A stretch of DNA of 55,551 nt, the filler included, from Sphacelaria rigidula (Eukaryota), in the NCBI GenBank assembly GCA_964200075.2. It is 6 parts of 6 records of this genome, joined end to end, with 100 filler letters (N's around TTAATTAATTAA, not from the genome) between each part and the next. Parts side by side here need not be neighbours in the genome. Positions count along the whole stretch, not along the records: positions 27,828 to 37,002 come from CAXNAA020009122.1; positions 37,103 to 46,277 come from CAXNAA020009123.1; positions 46,378 to 55,551 come from CAXNAA020009124.1; 3 more parts are not named here. One strand, written 5' to 3'. The stretch's first letter is position 1; every line of letters begins with the position of its first letter. The translations under genes were made by a program, and so were the position numbers. The notes beneath the pieces are model-generated. The model had not been told where the DNA came from. It made no database searches and worked only from the letters and a program-made list of their open reading frames with translations. Shown here piece by piece: positions 36,924 to 50,268 of the stretch.

Positions 36924-37547
36924 TTTGTCTTTTTCCTCACACCTTGAACCCCTCCCCTTCCTCGGGATGAGTCCGTGGTCTCAAGGGATCAACCCGTCTC
37001 TCNNNNNNNNNNNNNNNNNNNNNNNNNNNNNNNNNNNNNNNNNNNNTTAATTAATTAANNNNNNNNNNNNNNNNNNNNNNNNNNNNNNNNNNNNNNNNNN
37101 NNATTACTAGCGCAAGCAACAAATGAGACCCCCCCCCCCCCCCCCCCCCCCTAGAGATCAGTCCACTGTTTCAATAGACCAACGCATCTCTCCCGCAGTA
37201 CTTCCCTTGCATTTTTATTTTTGATTCCGTGAACAACGCTCAAATGTTGTATTTTCACCGAATCTCTCTCTGTTACGTTATCGGAGGACGGAAACGATGG
37301 AAGCCAGAAACATAGAAGACTATCCCGTCGGGCTTCCAACACACGAAATCTGTCGAAACTAGTGTAGTGTGGATGTACGAGTTTGACCACTAGGGTGCGG
37401 CGAAGTTGACATATGATGCAGCATCTACGTGCGAGTATGCTTCGAATGTCCACAGGATAATACGGACCGGCAGCTAACGGTGCAGCAAACCTTACATTAC
37501 CGTACTGCGCGCTGTTGTTGTTGCGATTTCATGTGACTGACTTCCAG

Positions 37548-38530
37548 GTTTGAACATCATGTCGCTGTACCGAGAGTTGGACGGAGATGTGGATTCCTTG
37601 CCAAACCTAATTGACGAGGAAGAGCTACTATTTGGAGGTGAGATGGTGTGTGAGGTCCTTGTTGAATTGATACCCTCTCGGTGGGACCAAGTGTTGTGGA
37701 AAATGTACAGCCGTGATGTCACGAATGTTTTATTTGCTGGGGCTTCCAATGCCGACAAACCACTCCATGCCTCATGACTTCACGTCATGATGTTACCACA
37801 CGCTGTGCTCTGTGCAACCTTCTCTCGAGCGTTTTTTTCGTGAATCAGCGCAACATTATAACAATTTCCACTTGCAACACGGAGTAAGTAACCACCCCTC
37901 TGTCACTCCCGTTCGCGCAGTGTTTCGTTTGACATGTCATTGCGTTTCCTCCGGTGCGAAATGTGTGGAATCACATAGTTCGTGACGCGGTGGTTGTAAA
38001 TGTTATCATCAGCGCTTCCTTCCCACAACTGTGAAGACAGCAATGACTCTCAATGACTATCGCCTATGAGAAAACTCATCTAGCTCCGGAATTCATCGGC
38101 AGGTGGAGAAGATCTTTTCGGGTTCTTGGATGAAGAATCTGCAGACGAACCCGTTGTAGTCAACAGAAGTGAGCCCCTAGGATATACTGCTCCGCAGTTC
38201 TTCCCGTTCACCAAAAGCGAGCCAACACCGCCATCGCTGAAACTTCAAGGAGTGTCGTCTCTGAAGAAGATCAATAGGTGAGAAGTTGCCGTCTTCCGTG
38301 TTTTCGTCAGCGGAGGGCTTTGATCTGCGGTGAATGCTGCTGTTGAGGAATGCACGTACTCTGTAGTGCAGTAGACGTTGTAGTTCAATGGTGTGCACTC
38401 ATCAGCAGACATGCGTCGTATGGCATCTTCAAACGACGCACCCGAGTTGGCTGAAGAGTCGCGTCGGCAAGCGCAAGTATCAAACGGTGGCCGTCGAGCC
38501 GGACATGAAGATGTAGATGCAGGAGAGTAA
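37548..38530 (+). CDS. Putative terminal exons of a hypothetical protein with acidic C-terminus
   Basis: Exons 37548-37637, 38103-38168 and 38406-38530 join in phase 1: GLNIMSLYRELDGDVDSLPNLIDEEELLFG-GGEDLFGFLDEESADEPVVVNR-TDMRRMASSNDAPELAEESRRQAQVSNGGRRAGHEDVDAGE*. Donors are gtgaga and gtgagc. Confidence 0.5.
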
Positions 38531-40996
38531 CTACGAGATTGAGGCATGGTAGATTTATGTGACAGAAGTCCACGCAGTGCTGGGGTGCTGATTCAATTCA
38601 CGGTACCAAAATGTGAGACGTGCACCGGAGGGGAGATATATTGATTGATCGCTCGCGACCGCGGACTCGTCCCGAGAAAGGGGAGGGGTTTAAAGTGTGA
38701 TGAAAACTAAAGAAGGTGGTCTACAGGGGCTTGCTAGAGCAACGCAACCCCAAGCGAGAGACCAGGAGCATGAACCACACCCCCATCATTTTTTTTTATC
38801 ACCCCGCAGTGATTGGCACTGAACACACACACATATCTACATATATATACATAAACAAGCCACTGTGGACCTTCGCTTCGCTCCGATCCCTCGCGACTTT
38901 TGTCGAGAAGAAGGTGTGGATCTTGCCCAGCCATAGTAAGAGAACAAGCTTATTCTAACATGCATTATATGTATATGCGAAAATAAGTGAATAATTGAAA
39001 AGAGGCACTGTGGGTATGGATGATGAGCAAATGTGAATATCAATACTGGAAGCGGGAGACGATGTATTATGAACGTACAAAGGACATCACCACAATTGTT
39101 CGTCACGAAAACAGACGTTCCAACACTTCAATACACCATGTTCCGACACGTGCACGAACACCACGGCAGACTGAACAGCCAGCGGGACAGTTTTACTCGG
39201 TAACTACGGATCAAATCGCTTCATTCTCCTTGGAAAGTACGTTGAGAGTATCCGAAAACCTAGTAACCGCGTGGTCTAATCTCACGGCTAAATGCCCACA
39301 CTCACGGATTCCAACACAGTGTAGACAATACAGTGTACAGTGCCCCCAACGCACAGCACTGGCCAAACAGGGCGGCGCAGCAGCGGGCACCGCCTTGTTC
39401 GTTTCACTGAAGACGAAACAGCGAACACACCATGATTTTTTCAACATTGTGCAGACAGCACGGTGCCAACTAACAATGTTTCCTACAGAGACGAACACAG
39501 CGACAACATAGCAGCTTAGGTAATCCAAACCGTTTTCGCAATGGGTAAAGACACCACACTAAGTGACGGCTCGAGCACATGAGAGAGGGCGTGAGTACGT
39601 TTGTGCTGCGGCAGAGTCAAACAGGACATGTCGCGTGTATTAGCGCCTTGTCTGATTTTGAATAGGTCCGCAAGTTTGGGCGGGTTCCAAATTTGAACGG
39701 TCGGCCATAATCGCGCATCTTTCAATTCACATTGGTTGATTCTCCCCTATCTGTGTGTCGGAGGTCTGGCTTGTGTTGTGGGCTGTCCCGGTACATCGAA
39801 AGTTTCCCTGAAACACTCCTTCTCACATCGCCGTAAAATTTGTTCACAGCCACCGTTCACGTCTACAGACGTTCCGACATCTGCTTACTCTCAGTTCGTC
39901 GGTACGTCATGTTGTCGAGTGTTATTTTCCCCCTCTGGTGTGAAGTTCGGGCGAACGTCGATGAGGAGGCGTCTGAAATATGCCCCGCTCTCGTGCGGAC
40001 TGTCGACAAGGAAGCGTGCGTGAAATCTCCGCTCTCGTGCGTATACACACATACTCATATTATAATTTACAGATACAGTCGTTCCGACGCCTACATATAC
40101 ACTCCCACTCACATCACCATAAACTTTCCCCCCTGTACATGAAAATGGACTTTCCGACAACTCCACACGCCACATTCCGACTCGCGCAGTCACATCTGTA
40201 CTTGGTTCGTCAATACATTATCTTGCCGAGCATTGTTTGCCCTCTCTTTACGAGTAAAGGTCGGGCGAATGTCGATGAGGAGGCGTTAATAAAATGCGGC
40301 GCTCTCGTGCGTCGCTACAATTTTATATGCATACTATATTGCATTCGTTGTCACATTTTTTCTCGGCGAAATTCAGCTCTGTGCGCGTAGAAGGTTGCCG
40401 ATGAACAGTCAATAACGAGGTTGATTCTGAAGAGAAGGGAACCCGAAACGCGTGTTTCAATGCCTCATGCGGGGCTCTCTCAGTAGCCCGAGGGAGCCTT
40501 TGGCTAGGGGTGCGCCGCCACAGCAGCGATGAGTCACAATACATTGCTCATGCACTGGTCTGTTCAAGAAATGAATCTCCAACGTATACTGTATCGATGA
40601 AGCGGGCCAATACACAAGCCTAGTATTTTGCTAATCCTCTACTTGCATAATGTGTGCATATCGACCCGATGTTCAACATATACAACCTTCATGTTCATTC
40701 TCTCGATGGGCCCCTCCAATTTCAACGCCCGAACTTTCCAACAGGAACGACTGTAGCACATCCCTGTGGCCGAAAACCGCACGTAGTAGACATGGTGTAC
40801 TATAGTACAGTTAATGAATTTGATGTTATGCGGTAAAGTTACAGTAAGTTCGTCAATTAGCAGAGTTCTGTTCTGCTTGCATGAACAGGCGAATACTCGT
40901 ATTCCCCCCGGACATGTGTCTTTTTTTCGGGATGTGCGGATGCGCTCGTGCATGTTTGCGTGGAAAATCTGAAGCCGGCTGCATCAGGGCGGCGAA

Positions 40997-42409
40997 ATGG
41001 GCGACACAGAACAAACAGCGGCAGTCGTCGAGCTGGAGGTATGACTGTGAATATACACATGGAACGACCGGGGGCGGCGATGACGTGATGTCTACGGATT
41101 TTTTTTGTCGCACATGGTCTTCCGATGTTTCGTAGCACATGCTGAAGCATGCAGGGCAGTAACGTGCACGGGGTGACGTGTACGTAGCATCGCTCAGACT
41201 CTCCGTCTCACCCGTTTGTTCGCGCTGTTTGTTGTTGACGTGGCGATGCTCGTACCCCGTGTCTTGCGATTGCTCAGCGTGCTCTCGGTGTCCTGAGACA
41301 TCAAAAGAGCTTTTTAAGCGAGCAAAAGTCTCAGCTGGAGACGTGGACTTCGTCCGTTTATGGGTTGATTCTTGTAAGTCCAGATCCTACCAAAAATACG
41401 CTGGATGTAGCAGCTTCTTCGGGTTCACGTGCTGACGGTTCTGAAGGTTTGAGCGAAGCTCAGAAGCAAGAAGAATCACCAGGGCGGGAAGATGGGGTCG
41501 AGAATAGTTGTGAGATTCGTGTGCGCCTCAAATGCAAGGGAACGGAAAAGCGCAAGATTGGATTACTCGTTGCGCGTGTGAAGGACGCATGGCGTCCACA
41601 ACGTGCAGACAACACTACCGCTGGGAACAAGCGTGGGGCGTCATGCAATCCCACGGTCGACAAACCACCCAAGCGGAGCAAACCAGGTGCCACGAAACCG
41701 GAGGAAGCAACAGAAAAAGACATGAACCCACAGGAGAATAATGTAAAAAAGGCTGCTGAGCAAGACCCGCCAGACCAAGAAATATCATCTGACGATGAAA
41801 TGCCGGAAACGCCTGATGAGTTATGGAGTTGGCTCGAGGGAAGGAATTATTTCTTGCCCATCTCTAGGAGGCAGCCGCTTACGGAAGATTTGACACTCGA
41901 AGCAGAGGGCCGCCTAGGTCGGAGCACTCTCATCCCGCTGCAATCTTATGCCGGGGACACAAAAAAAACGCCAGAGGATCACGGTACGTCAAGCTGAACA
42001 CCGGCTCTGTCGTCGACTCATTAGTACTGCAATACTCTGTCCACGTCGTTGCAACGTAAATGGCTTTGCTGGATAGGTCCTCACATGCTATTTTTTGTGC
42101 ACGCGAGCGAAGTAATACTTTCGAGTTTCACCATGCCGTGGGTCAGGTGTACGGCGCGATGTCATCGAGGATAAGTCAGATATCCTGAGAAAACGTCTGC
42201 TCTCAGCCCTTGTGGTGCCCGATCGCGACCGATGTGGCGATGCGCGCAAGAAGGGCGTAGTGGGTGCCACGCGGCAGGCTGGGACAGAGCGAACGAACCA
42301 AACTACCCGAGGCTCCCACCGCGTCCTCAATGTTACACATTTGAGTCTGGAACAACGAGTTCTTGTTCAACTTGGTGGGGTTGGTCTCTTCGATGCAACG
42401 TGTCAACAG
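40997..42409 (+). CDS. Hypothetical protein, multi-exon, charged low-complexity (possibly decaying)
   Basis: Exons 40997-41038 (MGDTEQTAAVVELE/gtatga), 41278-41983 (706 nt open, contains the 210-aa ORF, donor G/gtacgt) and 42147-42409 (donor CAG/gtgcgt) join in phase. Downstream exons could not be spliced without stops. Confidence 0.5.
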
Positions 42410-44371
42410 GTGCGTTTTTTTCGTTCACTCGGGCAGCGTTGCACTTCTAGATGGGTGTGGGGGGGGGGGGGGAGCATGCGTCTTTTTTAGCGCCAACATA
42501 CGTATTTCAGTTTTCGGCAAACCACGTGGTAAAAGTTGATGTTTTTTATTTGCACACTTCATGAAAATAGGCACCTCAACCATTTTTTTTTTGCTCAAAT
42601 GTTTGCTTGTTTGTCATGACCGCTCATGAGGTTGAATGAACTCGCTGTGCCCCGCGGCACCGTTGACTGCTGCACATATCAATAGCTGGGGCTGTAAACT
42701 TCACTAGTTGATCTCGTCGTTTAGACTGGAACTTGAATTAAACTGGAACTGGCGACGAGGGCGCCAATTATCCAGTTTATTCGAGTTTTGCCATCACTAG
42801 CTACGGTTGATACCGATTTTAGTGTGGTCGTCGTATAATAAGTATGCTCACACTATACATACAATTTCACTGCACAATTGAACTCCGCACTCTACAGTAG
42901 TACAAGTGGTACAAACTTCTCAACTCGACACCTCATCCCAGCCCTAGCTCCCCGTCTTTCAACTAAAGCTTGTAAGTCGACCGACTGCTGGTCAGTCGGA
43001 CAATGAACATGGAGAATATAAATGAAGCACAACCTATGTACGGAGGGACACTTGATGCGGAACTGCCGAACCCCCAAACCCCAACAGCCAATTGCCATTG
43101 CATGATGACGAGTGTTTCGAACATGATGCAGCACATGGCCACTACACCTCGAAGTTTTGGATCTGTGACGAAATTACGCCGTCACGTTAAGTTGGTAGTG
43201 ATGATCTGGATAATGACCGGGGACACGGGAAGGATACCCTGACGAGTCTATGAGGCTGTGCCTGCAAGGGCACTCCGGATAATGAAATGTTGTAAAGGCT
43301 GACAACTGAAACTGAGGCCAGTGCAACTGGGGGGCCCTCAAACAGCAGTGGTCCAGCAGTTCTTCCTTTGGCTGGCGTCACAGAGTGGATGCGAAGTATA
43401 TGCCAAGGTTTGTCGCTTCATCGCACAACATCCGAAACCCGAAATATCAAACGGTAACCCGCAATCGCAAGATATAAAAAACACCATGGCTTGCTATTCG
43501 ACTTCGTGCGTGTTTTCGGCCCGGACGTGGAGAATCTTGCGCCCTTGGCTCACTTGTTACCATCCTCCACTGCTCATGAATAGTCTCTGCTGCTGCATAC
43601 GAGAGATGAATGGTTTTCGAATCGCTCACGACCTTGGATGAGCTTTTAATGCCATCTGAGTCTCTGAGTCCCCTGATGCGAGGTCTCACGGTTTGTACGT
43701 GCGCGATTTGGAGGAGTAAACAAACCAAATTCGCCGTTTTTCTTACCCCGGCGGGGCTTCCGCGCCCCCCCCCTCACCAACCGGGGGGGGTCGTTGGAGC
43801 TCGCAGCTTCGCCGCTCGCCACCAATGTGCCAGTTACTCGTCGAGGCGCCAGTAAATGGTCAAAGGCGATTAACTGCGAAAACACGGATGACTTACCACC
43901 GCCGTCAGCTCACAGCCCTATAAATAGCTGCTTTTATTTTTAGATATTTTTAATTTTTACAGCGTCCATGGTACCCCTGCGATTTATTCGAACAGATTGA
44001 ACCGCGACCGACGGAGCAGCCAGGTCTTCTACATTCGGTGCGTGTCGAATCACTCTCAGGTGTTTTATGTCCCCGCGTGGCCGGCATGAAGGTCTACCGT
44101 TGATTACATTTTAGTATAGTCCGATCTGTGTTGCGTTTTGAAGTGAGTGAAACAGCCAATCTGTTGCGTGCGAATACCACAATGGCTGTTTCGGCTGTGC
44201 AAAAACATGAGACACGAAGGCGACCGTAGGTAAGTCTTCGCACTCCTGACTTGATGTAGTTGTCAGTTTTACGTCCTCGACTTCGTTTACCTAATTTTCA
44301 GTTTCAGTGTATACTTGACGAGGTTGAGTCTTGTTCTGCATTCGTTCCCCCGCGTTTATGCTGCCATCAAG

Positions 44372-44935
44372 CAATGTAGTATGTGCCTAGATACTCTGCG
44401 TGGCATACGCCGAGTACGCAGCTGTGAAACGTGCCACATCGCGCATCACCCTGTGCTCGTTGCCGTTGTAAATTCTCGTGAGTGCAGCAACGCGACCTGG
44501 CAGAGAGGATCAGGAGATTGAATCGCTGCAAGGTGGTTCTGCGGCAAGAGATCAACGCTAGAACATGACAGGAGACGCAGCAGAACGAGCTCGTGTACGC
44601 ATTATATTTTGTTTTTGCGTGCCCTGCAAAGAGTTGCCAGGGTATAACACTTCTTCGAAGCTGTTCTTGAAACGATTAAGTAACACACGAGATTCGCCGG
44701 AGCTTTAGGCAGGGGAGAAAGCGAGCGGATGCGCCAATATGGTGGACAGCTTTGGAGGAACGTTGTCCAGACGCTCATGTTGCGGAAAATGTTACACTGT
44801 GGAACGTGTTCTAGCTTGAGGCAACAAAGCATCACACCCTGTGTGATGCGCTGTGAAACCCATCTGTACTGTACTGTGTGCTCAACTGGGGATTCCAACC
44901 GCTTCTTCTGTACCTTGTTCATGCACGGGTACTGA
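44372..44935 (+). pseudogene. Degenerate PHD-like and RING-like zinc finger coding remnants
   Basis: QCSMCLDTLRGIRRVRSCETCHIAHHP is followed by a frameshift to CSLPL*, with FCVPC later (C4HC3-like). HCGTC-x14-CETHLYCTVC-x9-CTLF fits C3HC4 with the last Cys read as Phe (TTC). Stops and a frameshift are present. Confidence 0.45.
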
Positions 44936-45761
44936 TATTGTCATGTTGATGGACGCAAGTCAAGCCCCCTAAACTCTAGTATTGAGCTGCACACGTCAAC
45001 TTAATGTGAGGCTGTTTGTGGCTGACTCCTGCCAGCCCAAGTGAATGTGTCCAAGTACCCTGATTCATGTGAGTTAACTGTCAGGCATTTCGCCTCTTTA
45101 GCCCCGTCCCTTTTTCCAAGTGCGTAGGGGTCTAGATGCAACCATTATAATGATGAGCTCACAAAATTGCAACATATGCATCAAAGTCCTACAAAAAGAA
45201 AATGGACGGGAAGGTATATTGTATCCAAGTACTCTATTTAGCACTACTTATTTGTATCATTTGGCTGTCGAGGGGGTCCAGTGAGGTCAGCATTATGTCA
45301 GGAATTTAGACTAATGAATATAGAGGTAAGGCTGAAAGGGGGGACCATCTCATTCACGTTCCGTGAAACGCCTTTTGGTAAAACGTGCTTTTGAAAGCGC
45401 TGCATAGACTTTGACGACACCCATGTTTGGGAAACCATTGCTGCTGTGTAACATTACCATGTTGAACAGGGGCACCTCAACATCACTTCAAGGGGGGAAG
45501 TATGAGCGGTTTCCCGCTCACCACAGGTCGGAGATGATTGTCATGTTTCCCCAACCCCCCATCGTTCCGCGACTTGAGGGGTGTTGATAGAAAGCGCGTT
45601 CGAGAGTCCGCGATCAGTTTTACTGCACGTTCAAATCTGAGACGGAACGATGAGACACATCGAGGGTACGTTTACCCGAGTTTTAATTCGGCGTTGAATT
45701 GCTCAAGTCAAGCGTTGAAATCGGACCACTTGAGTCCAGTGTTGACATTCAAATAAAGCAC

Positions 45762-45858
45762 GTCGCTCCCGTCGCTCAGTTGGTAACCTCGAAAACCTTC
45801 TGACGGTCGGGTCGTGGGTTCGAATCTCGGTCCAGTCACACAATCTGGGATTATTTCA
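45762..45858 (+). mobile_element. tRNA-derived SINE 5' part
   Basis: gtcgctcagttggtaacctcgaaaaccttctgacggtcgggtcgtgGGTTCGAATCtcggtccagtcacacaatctgggatt, then interrupted by a gagtagagta repeat element. Confidence 0.75.
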
Positions 45859-45864
45859 AGGGTA

Positions 45865-46277
45865 GGTCGAGTAGAGTATACTCAATACTCAGTATTTTTG
45901 AAGCGTCATACTTTTAGTACTCAAAGTTTGAGTAGAGTATTTGAGGTCGTACTCGATCTACTCGAAAATTGAGTAGAGTATTGAGATCATACCCAAGTAT
46001 TACTGAGAGTGCTTACTCTATATTTGAGTAGAGTATTGGAGGTCGTACTCAATCTACTCGAAAATTGAGTAGAGTATTGAGATCATACCCAAGTATACTG
46101 AGAGTGCTTACTCTATATTTGAGTAGAGTATTGGAGGTCGTACTCAATCTACTCGAAAATTGAGTAGTGTATTTGAGGCCACACTCGACCTACACGAAAT
46201 TTGAGTAGAGTATTTGAGGCCGTACTCGACCTACTCAAACGTCGAGTAGAGTAAATACTTGAGTAGTTTCCTCGAGT
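45865..46277. repeat. Tandem repeat of gagtagagta/tactc motifs (~40-bp, ~100-bp higher order)
   Basis: Repeated ttgagtagagtattNgaggtcgtactcNatctactcgaaaa; runs to the contig end. Confidence 0.85.
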
Positions 46278-46378
46278 NNNNNNNNNNNNNNNNNNNNNNN
46301 NNNNNNNNNNNNNNNNNNNNNTTAATTAATTAANNNNNNNNNNNNNNNNNNNNNNNNNNNNNNNNNNNNNNNNNNNNG

Positions 46379-48722
46379 GGTGATGAGAACCAACCACACT
46401 CCACGGACCAGTCCACATCGCCATCAATTGAGCCGTAACTCCCGGGCGACGCACGCGTGCACACAAAACATAATCGCCTATCTCGAAATTCGGTACTTTC
46501 AGCCCCGACAAAGACCCCTCACATCTGCGCGCACGTTCAGCGGCAACACGCTCCTGCACTCGAACGTGGAAACTTTCCTGCAACTCCCGAGCGCCTTGCA
46601 GGCACGCTTTAGTTGCTCATCGTCCAAGACATCACACTTCCATTCCCCCGCCGATGAGGACGCCAACACCGAGAAAGACGTCCGAGGTGCACGACCAAGC
46701 ATGACGTGATACGGCGTACTGTCGTACCGACGGCGATATGCTGTATTTAGCGCCCATTGCACAGCGGGCAACACATCCACCCACTCGGCCACCTCTCGGC
46801 GCTACTCGAGAAGAATAGAACGAAGAGCACGAACTACTTCGTTTACCATGCGTTCGCACGTATCGTTGGACCACGGAGAGTACGCTACCGCAAACTGGTG
46901 ATCAACGCGCAAGGCTTCTCGCAATTGGGCCAAGATCGCATTCTTGAAATACGTCGCGGAACCACTCACCCACACACGGGGTACCACCAAGGTTTTGACC
47001 CAATTCAGCAAAGATGCAGCAGTCGATTCAGCAGTACAAACGGCTACTGGTTCCATAGGCACAAAGTTGCTCAAATCATCGATGATTACCAAAATGTATC
47101 GGAACCCAGCATCCTCCGACAAACCTTGGGAAGCTAGCGGGCCACTCTCGCGCACGTGGAAGAAGTCAAAATAAACGACTTCATTCGGCGTGGTCCCATG
47201 GACCGTTTCACCGAGCGGGCGGGGAACAGCATCGCCCGCCCGCCCTCGAGTCAGCACAGTGAAGACATTGGCGGACAAATTTGCGCGCATTAGTTTCTAT
47301 CCCCTGCCAGACACAAAACGCTTGCAAGCGCACGAGTGTCGCAGCCACACCACGATGCCCGGCGTAGCGCATGTGCGCGCAAATCATCAGACGTATCTGC
47401 AACTGCTTGTCAGAACTCGGAATCACAAAACGTTTCGGCCACGCACATGCACACGAAACAGACCTTCATTGCCCAAAATAGCAGTACCAACGTCCGACTC
47501 GAAAGATTGCACATCCGCATCTTCGGCCCCAAGGTATTTTGTTGCACTTGGCGGACAACAGATTTGGACCGCATCTAGTCATCAGATTCGGACCATACAC
47601 AGCCACAGCGCGCGTAGGCAAAGTGAGAATATTTACCCAGCGCGACAGCACGTCACCCCACGTGTTGCGTTCACCCGAAATATGACAAATCGTGTACCTA
47701 TACTGGCCTAATACACCTTTCCACCCCTAAAATCGCCGTGCCAACGCATTCGACACAGACGTCACGCATGCCTCCGGGTTGAAAATGTACGCTAGATTTC
47801 GGTGATCCGTGAAAATGTGTACGCCATTCCACAATAGATGCTCGAGACGACGACAAGTGCTCACGATAGTAAAACCTTCCTTGTCAATGGTTGCCCAACA
47901 CACCTGTGAACCCTTGAAATTATCACTAAGAAAACCCAGCGGTTCATGCGTCATGTCTTCAACCAGCAGCCGTTGTTGCATTTCTGCATCAGGCACCTGC
48001 GTTACAACACCACCCCAATGACACTCGGATGCATCCGGAAACATCAGCACCTGGCAACCGGGGCGGGGGTGGAACAGCTTCACAGCATGAGCCACCAGAT
48101 CCTTCGCTGCCGCCCATGCCGGCAGCCTGCCCTCCGTCCACGAGGCGGGTGGAATAACGCGGTTTTTGGCCACCCGCTTCGTGCGCCTTGCAGCCCCCAC
48201 CATGAGTTCTTCTAGGAAAATGCGCAAGGGCGCCACTACTTCGGCAATACGTGGCAACGAGATACGCAACCAGTTCATTGCATGCAAGAATTGCATTAGT
48301 TCTGTTGTTGTTTCTGGACGACGCGTGTCAGACAAACCTTGCAAGCGGACTGGGTCATGCGAGACGCGGCGGTGTGAGTATCCTTTCCCACACCACACTA
48401 GTTCACTAGCGAAAAAGGTACACTTATGGGCAGCTGCAAATAGATCAAGACTCTCTTAGCGAGCCAAGATTGCATCAAGCGTATCCAACAGTTCGTCGTC
48501 CGTATCCGCGAAGAAAAAGACATCATCCACCCAAAAAGACATCATCCACCCAAGTCTACCATGACACCTTGAAAATAGGTAGTAGCATTCAACACGCCTT
48601 GCGGTACTCGTTACGGGGTAAACATGCCAAGTGGAGTGGTGAAGGTGAATATCTCTTGCGCCTCTTCGGTCAACGGCATCTGCCAGTACCCCTGTAGGAG
48701 GTCCAACTTACCGAAGCATCGC
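46379..48722 (-). mobile_element. pol: Ty3/Gypsy LTR retrotransposon pol remnant (RT-RNase H-integrase), inactive
   Basis: RT: FGKLDLLQGYWQMPL...FTFTTPLGMFTP*RVPQGVLNA..YFQ...WVDD. RNase H: LMFPDASECHWGGVVTQ...EPLGFLS...W..IDKEG...IFTDHRNLAYIF. Integrase: HMRYAGHRG...VRQCLHC, YFDFFHV, YILVIIDDLSNFV, AYSPWSNDTCERMV. RT-RH-IN order is Gypsy. Many frameshifts and stops. Confidence 0.95.
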
Positions 48723-48734
48723 CACCAATACATA

Positions 48735-49067
48735 CACATGCGGCCATTCGGCTACAGCTCAAAATGCCTCCGGAGGGATGCGCGGCCCTCCAGGGGAAAA
48801 ACAAGCCTCCGGAGGCCTTCCATCCCTCTGGAGGAAACCAAACTCTACCGACCCGGAGGACCGCGCACCCCTCCAGAGGAATCTGGAGATATGCGCGGCC
48901 CTCCGGAGGCAAGAATAAGCCTCCGGGGGCATTCAATCTCTCTGGAGGGAACCAAAAAATCTCCTTTGGAGGGCCGCGCACCCCTCCGGAGGCGTTTGAT
49001 TCCTCTGGAGGCTCGAAAAGTGAACTCACCTGGAGGAAGTTTGGAGGTAGCCAAATGGCCACGTGGG
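48735..49067. mobile_element. Second copy of the CCTCCGGAGG-rich MITE, at the 5' break of the Gypsy pol
   Basis: ta-CACATGCGGCCATTCGGCTAC ... GGTAGCCAAATGGCCACGTGGG-ta. A related left end also starts at about 55443. Confidence 0.8.
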
Positions 49068-50100
49068 TATTGTTGAGTCACAATAAGATCTGAATTTCTC
49101 CCACCATGTCTGTTACTGGCACAATAGAACCTTAATCGCGGCCACCATTTTGAACCGCTGATCACAATGCGATCTGAATGGTGGCCACCAGTATATATTG
49201 CTGGCCACAATAGCAGCTAAATGGCGTCAATCACTAGTCATGTATGCCTCCTATCTGGGCACAAGGGGAATGAAACTGCGGAACATGACTCATGTAATGA
49301 AGAGTTGTTGTGCTATATTTGCAAGGATACAGCTTGCAACCCAAGGCACAAGCTCATGAGGCCAGTGGACAACAGTCAGGCTGCCAAAGCTTGTAGGTGC
49401 TTCACACAGGCTCAGCAATCAAATGTCAGACAAGTTTTCACGCGATGGTTCCTAACTTCTTTTGATTGTCTTGTTTCTAACTCACAGTATCCAATCGATC
49501 AATCCAACCCCAACCAGTCAAAAGGTCTCACCGATGCTTAGACTTCTCTTGCTGGAGAGCAATAGGATAGCGATGGGTAGTAAGACGGTAGGCGCACCAG
49601 ATCTGCTAATCTGCAGATCGAGCTGTCACCATCTTCTACCATATACAAGCTCATACTCGTACCCGACCAACTCTGAACAGACCTGCAGTCTTGAATACCG
49701 GACTACGCGAAATACCGAACGCCAGACTCGACAACGGGTCTGAAGCGGCATGGCAGCAGGCTAATATGCATTTTCATGACACTAACCCACCCAGACGACC
49801 CTGTATTACAGCTGCGAGGAGTTATCCTCAGAGCAGCGGAAACTACGGTTTTTCTTTACCCGTAAAGTCATGAGCGGCTAATGAAGCATACCTGAGGAAA
49901 AACTCTCGTACCTAACACTCCCGTACCAACAATCCTGTACCCACTCCCACACCTCAAAAGAAGGGAAGCATATGCTGCTTCGAGGAGCAGAAACAATTCT
50001 CCGAAACGCGGAAGCACAAACTGCTTCTGCGTGCTAGCGACCAACGAAGAAGCATAAATTGCTTCGGCGTCCTCGCAACATTTACGGGGGGGAAACAGGG

Positions 50101-50268
50101 AGGTACAACAGGGAGCAGAGCTCTAACCTGGGGGAAGCAAAAGGTACAACAGGGAGCAGAGCTTCAACCTCAGGAAACGCAAAGGTACAACAGGGAGCGG
50201 AGCTTTAACCTTGGGGAATCCAAAGGTACAACAGGGAGCAGAGCTTCAACCTGGGAGAATCCAAAGGT
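50101..50268. repeat. Tandem repeat, 41-bp unit x4
   Basis: aggtacaacagggagcagagct(t/c)(c/t)aacct.gggga....aa repeated four times. Confidence 0.9.

Noticed and set aside
34652-37637. Joining the monooxygenase PSLG exon to the phase-1 exon at 37548
   Set aside because: They are on different contigs and the product lacks the expected QG.N.A.ED motif.
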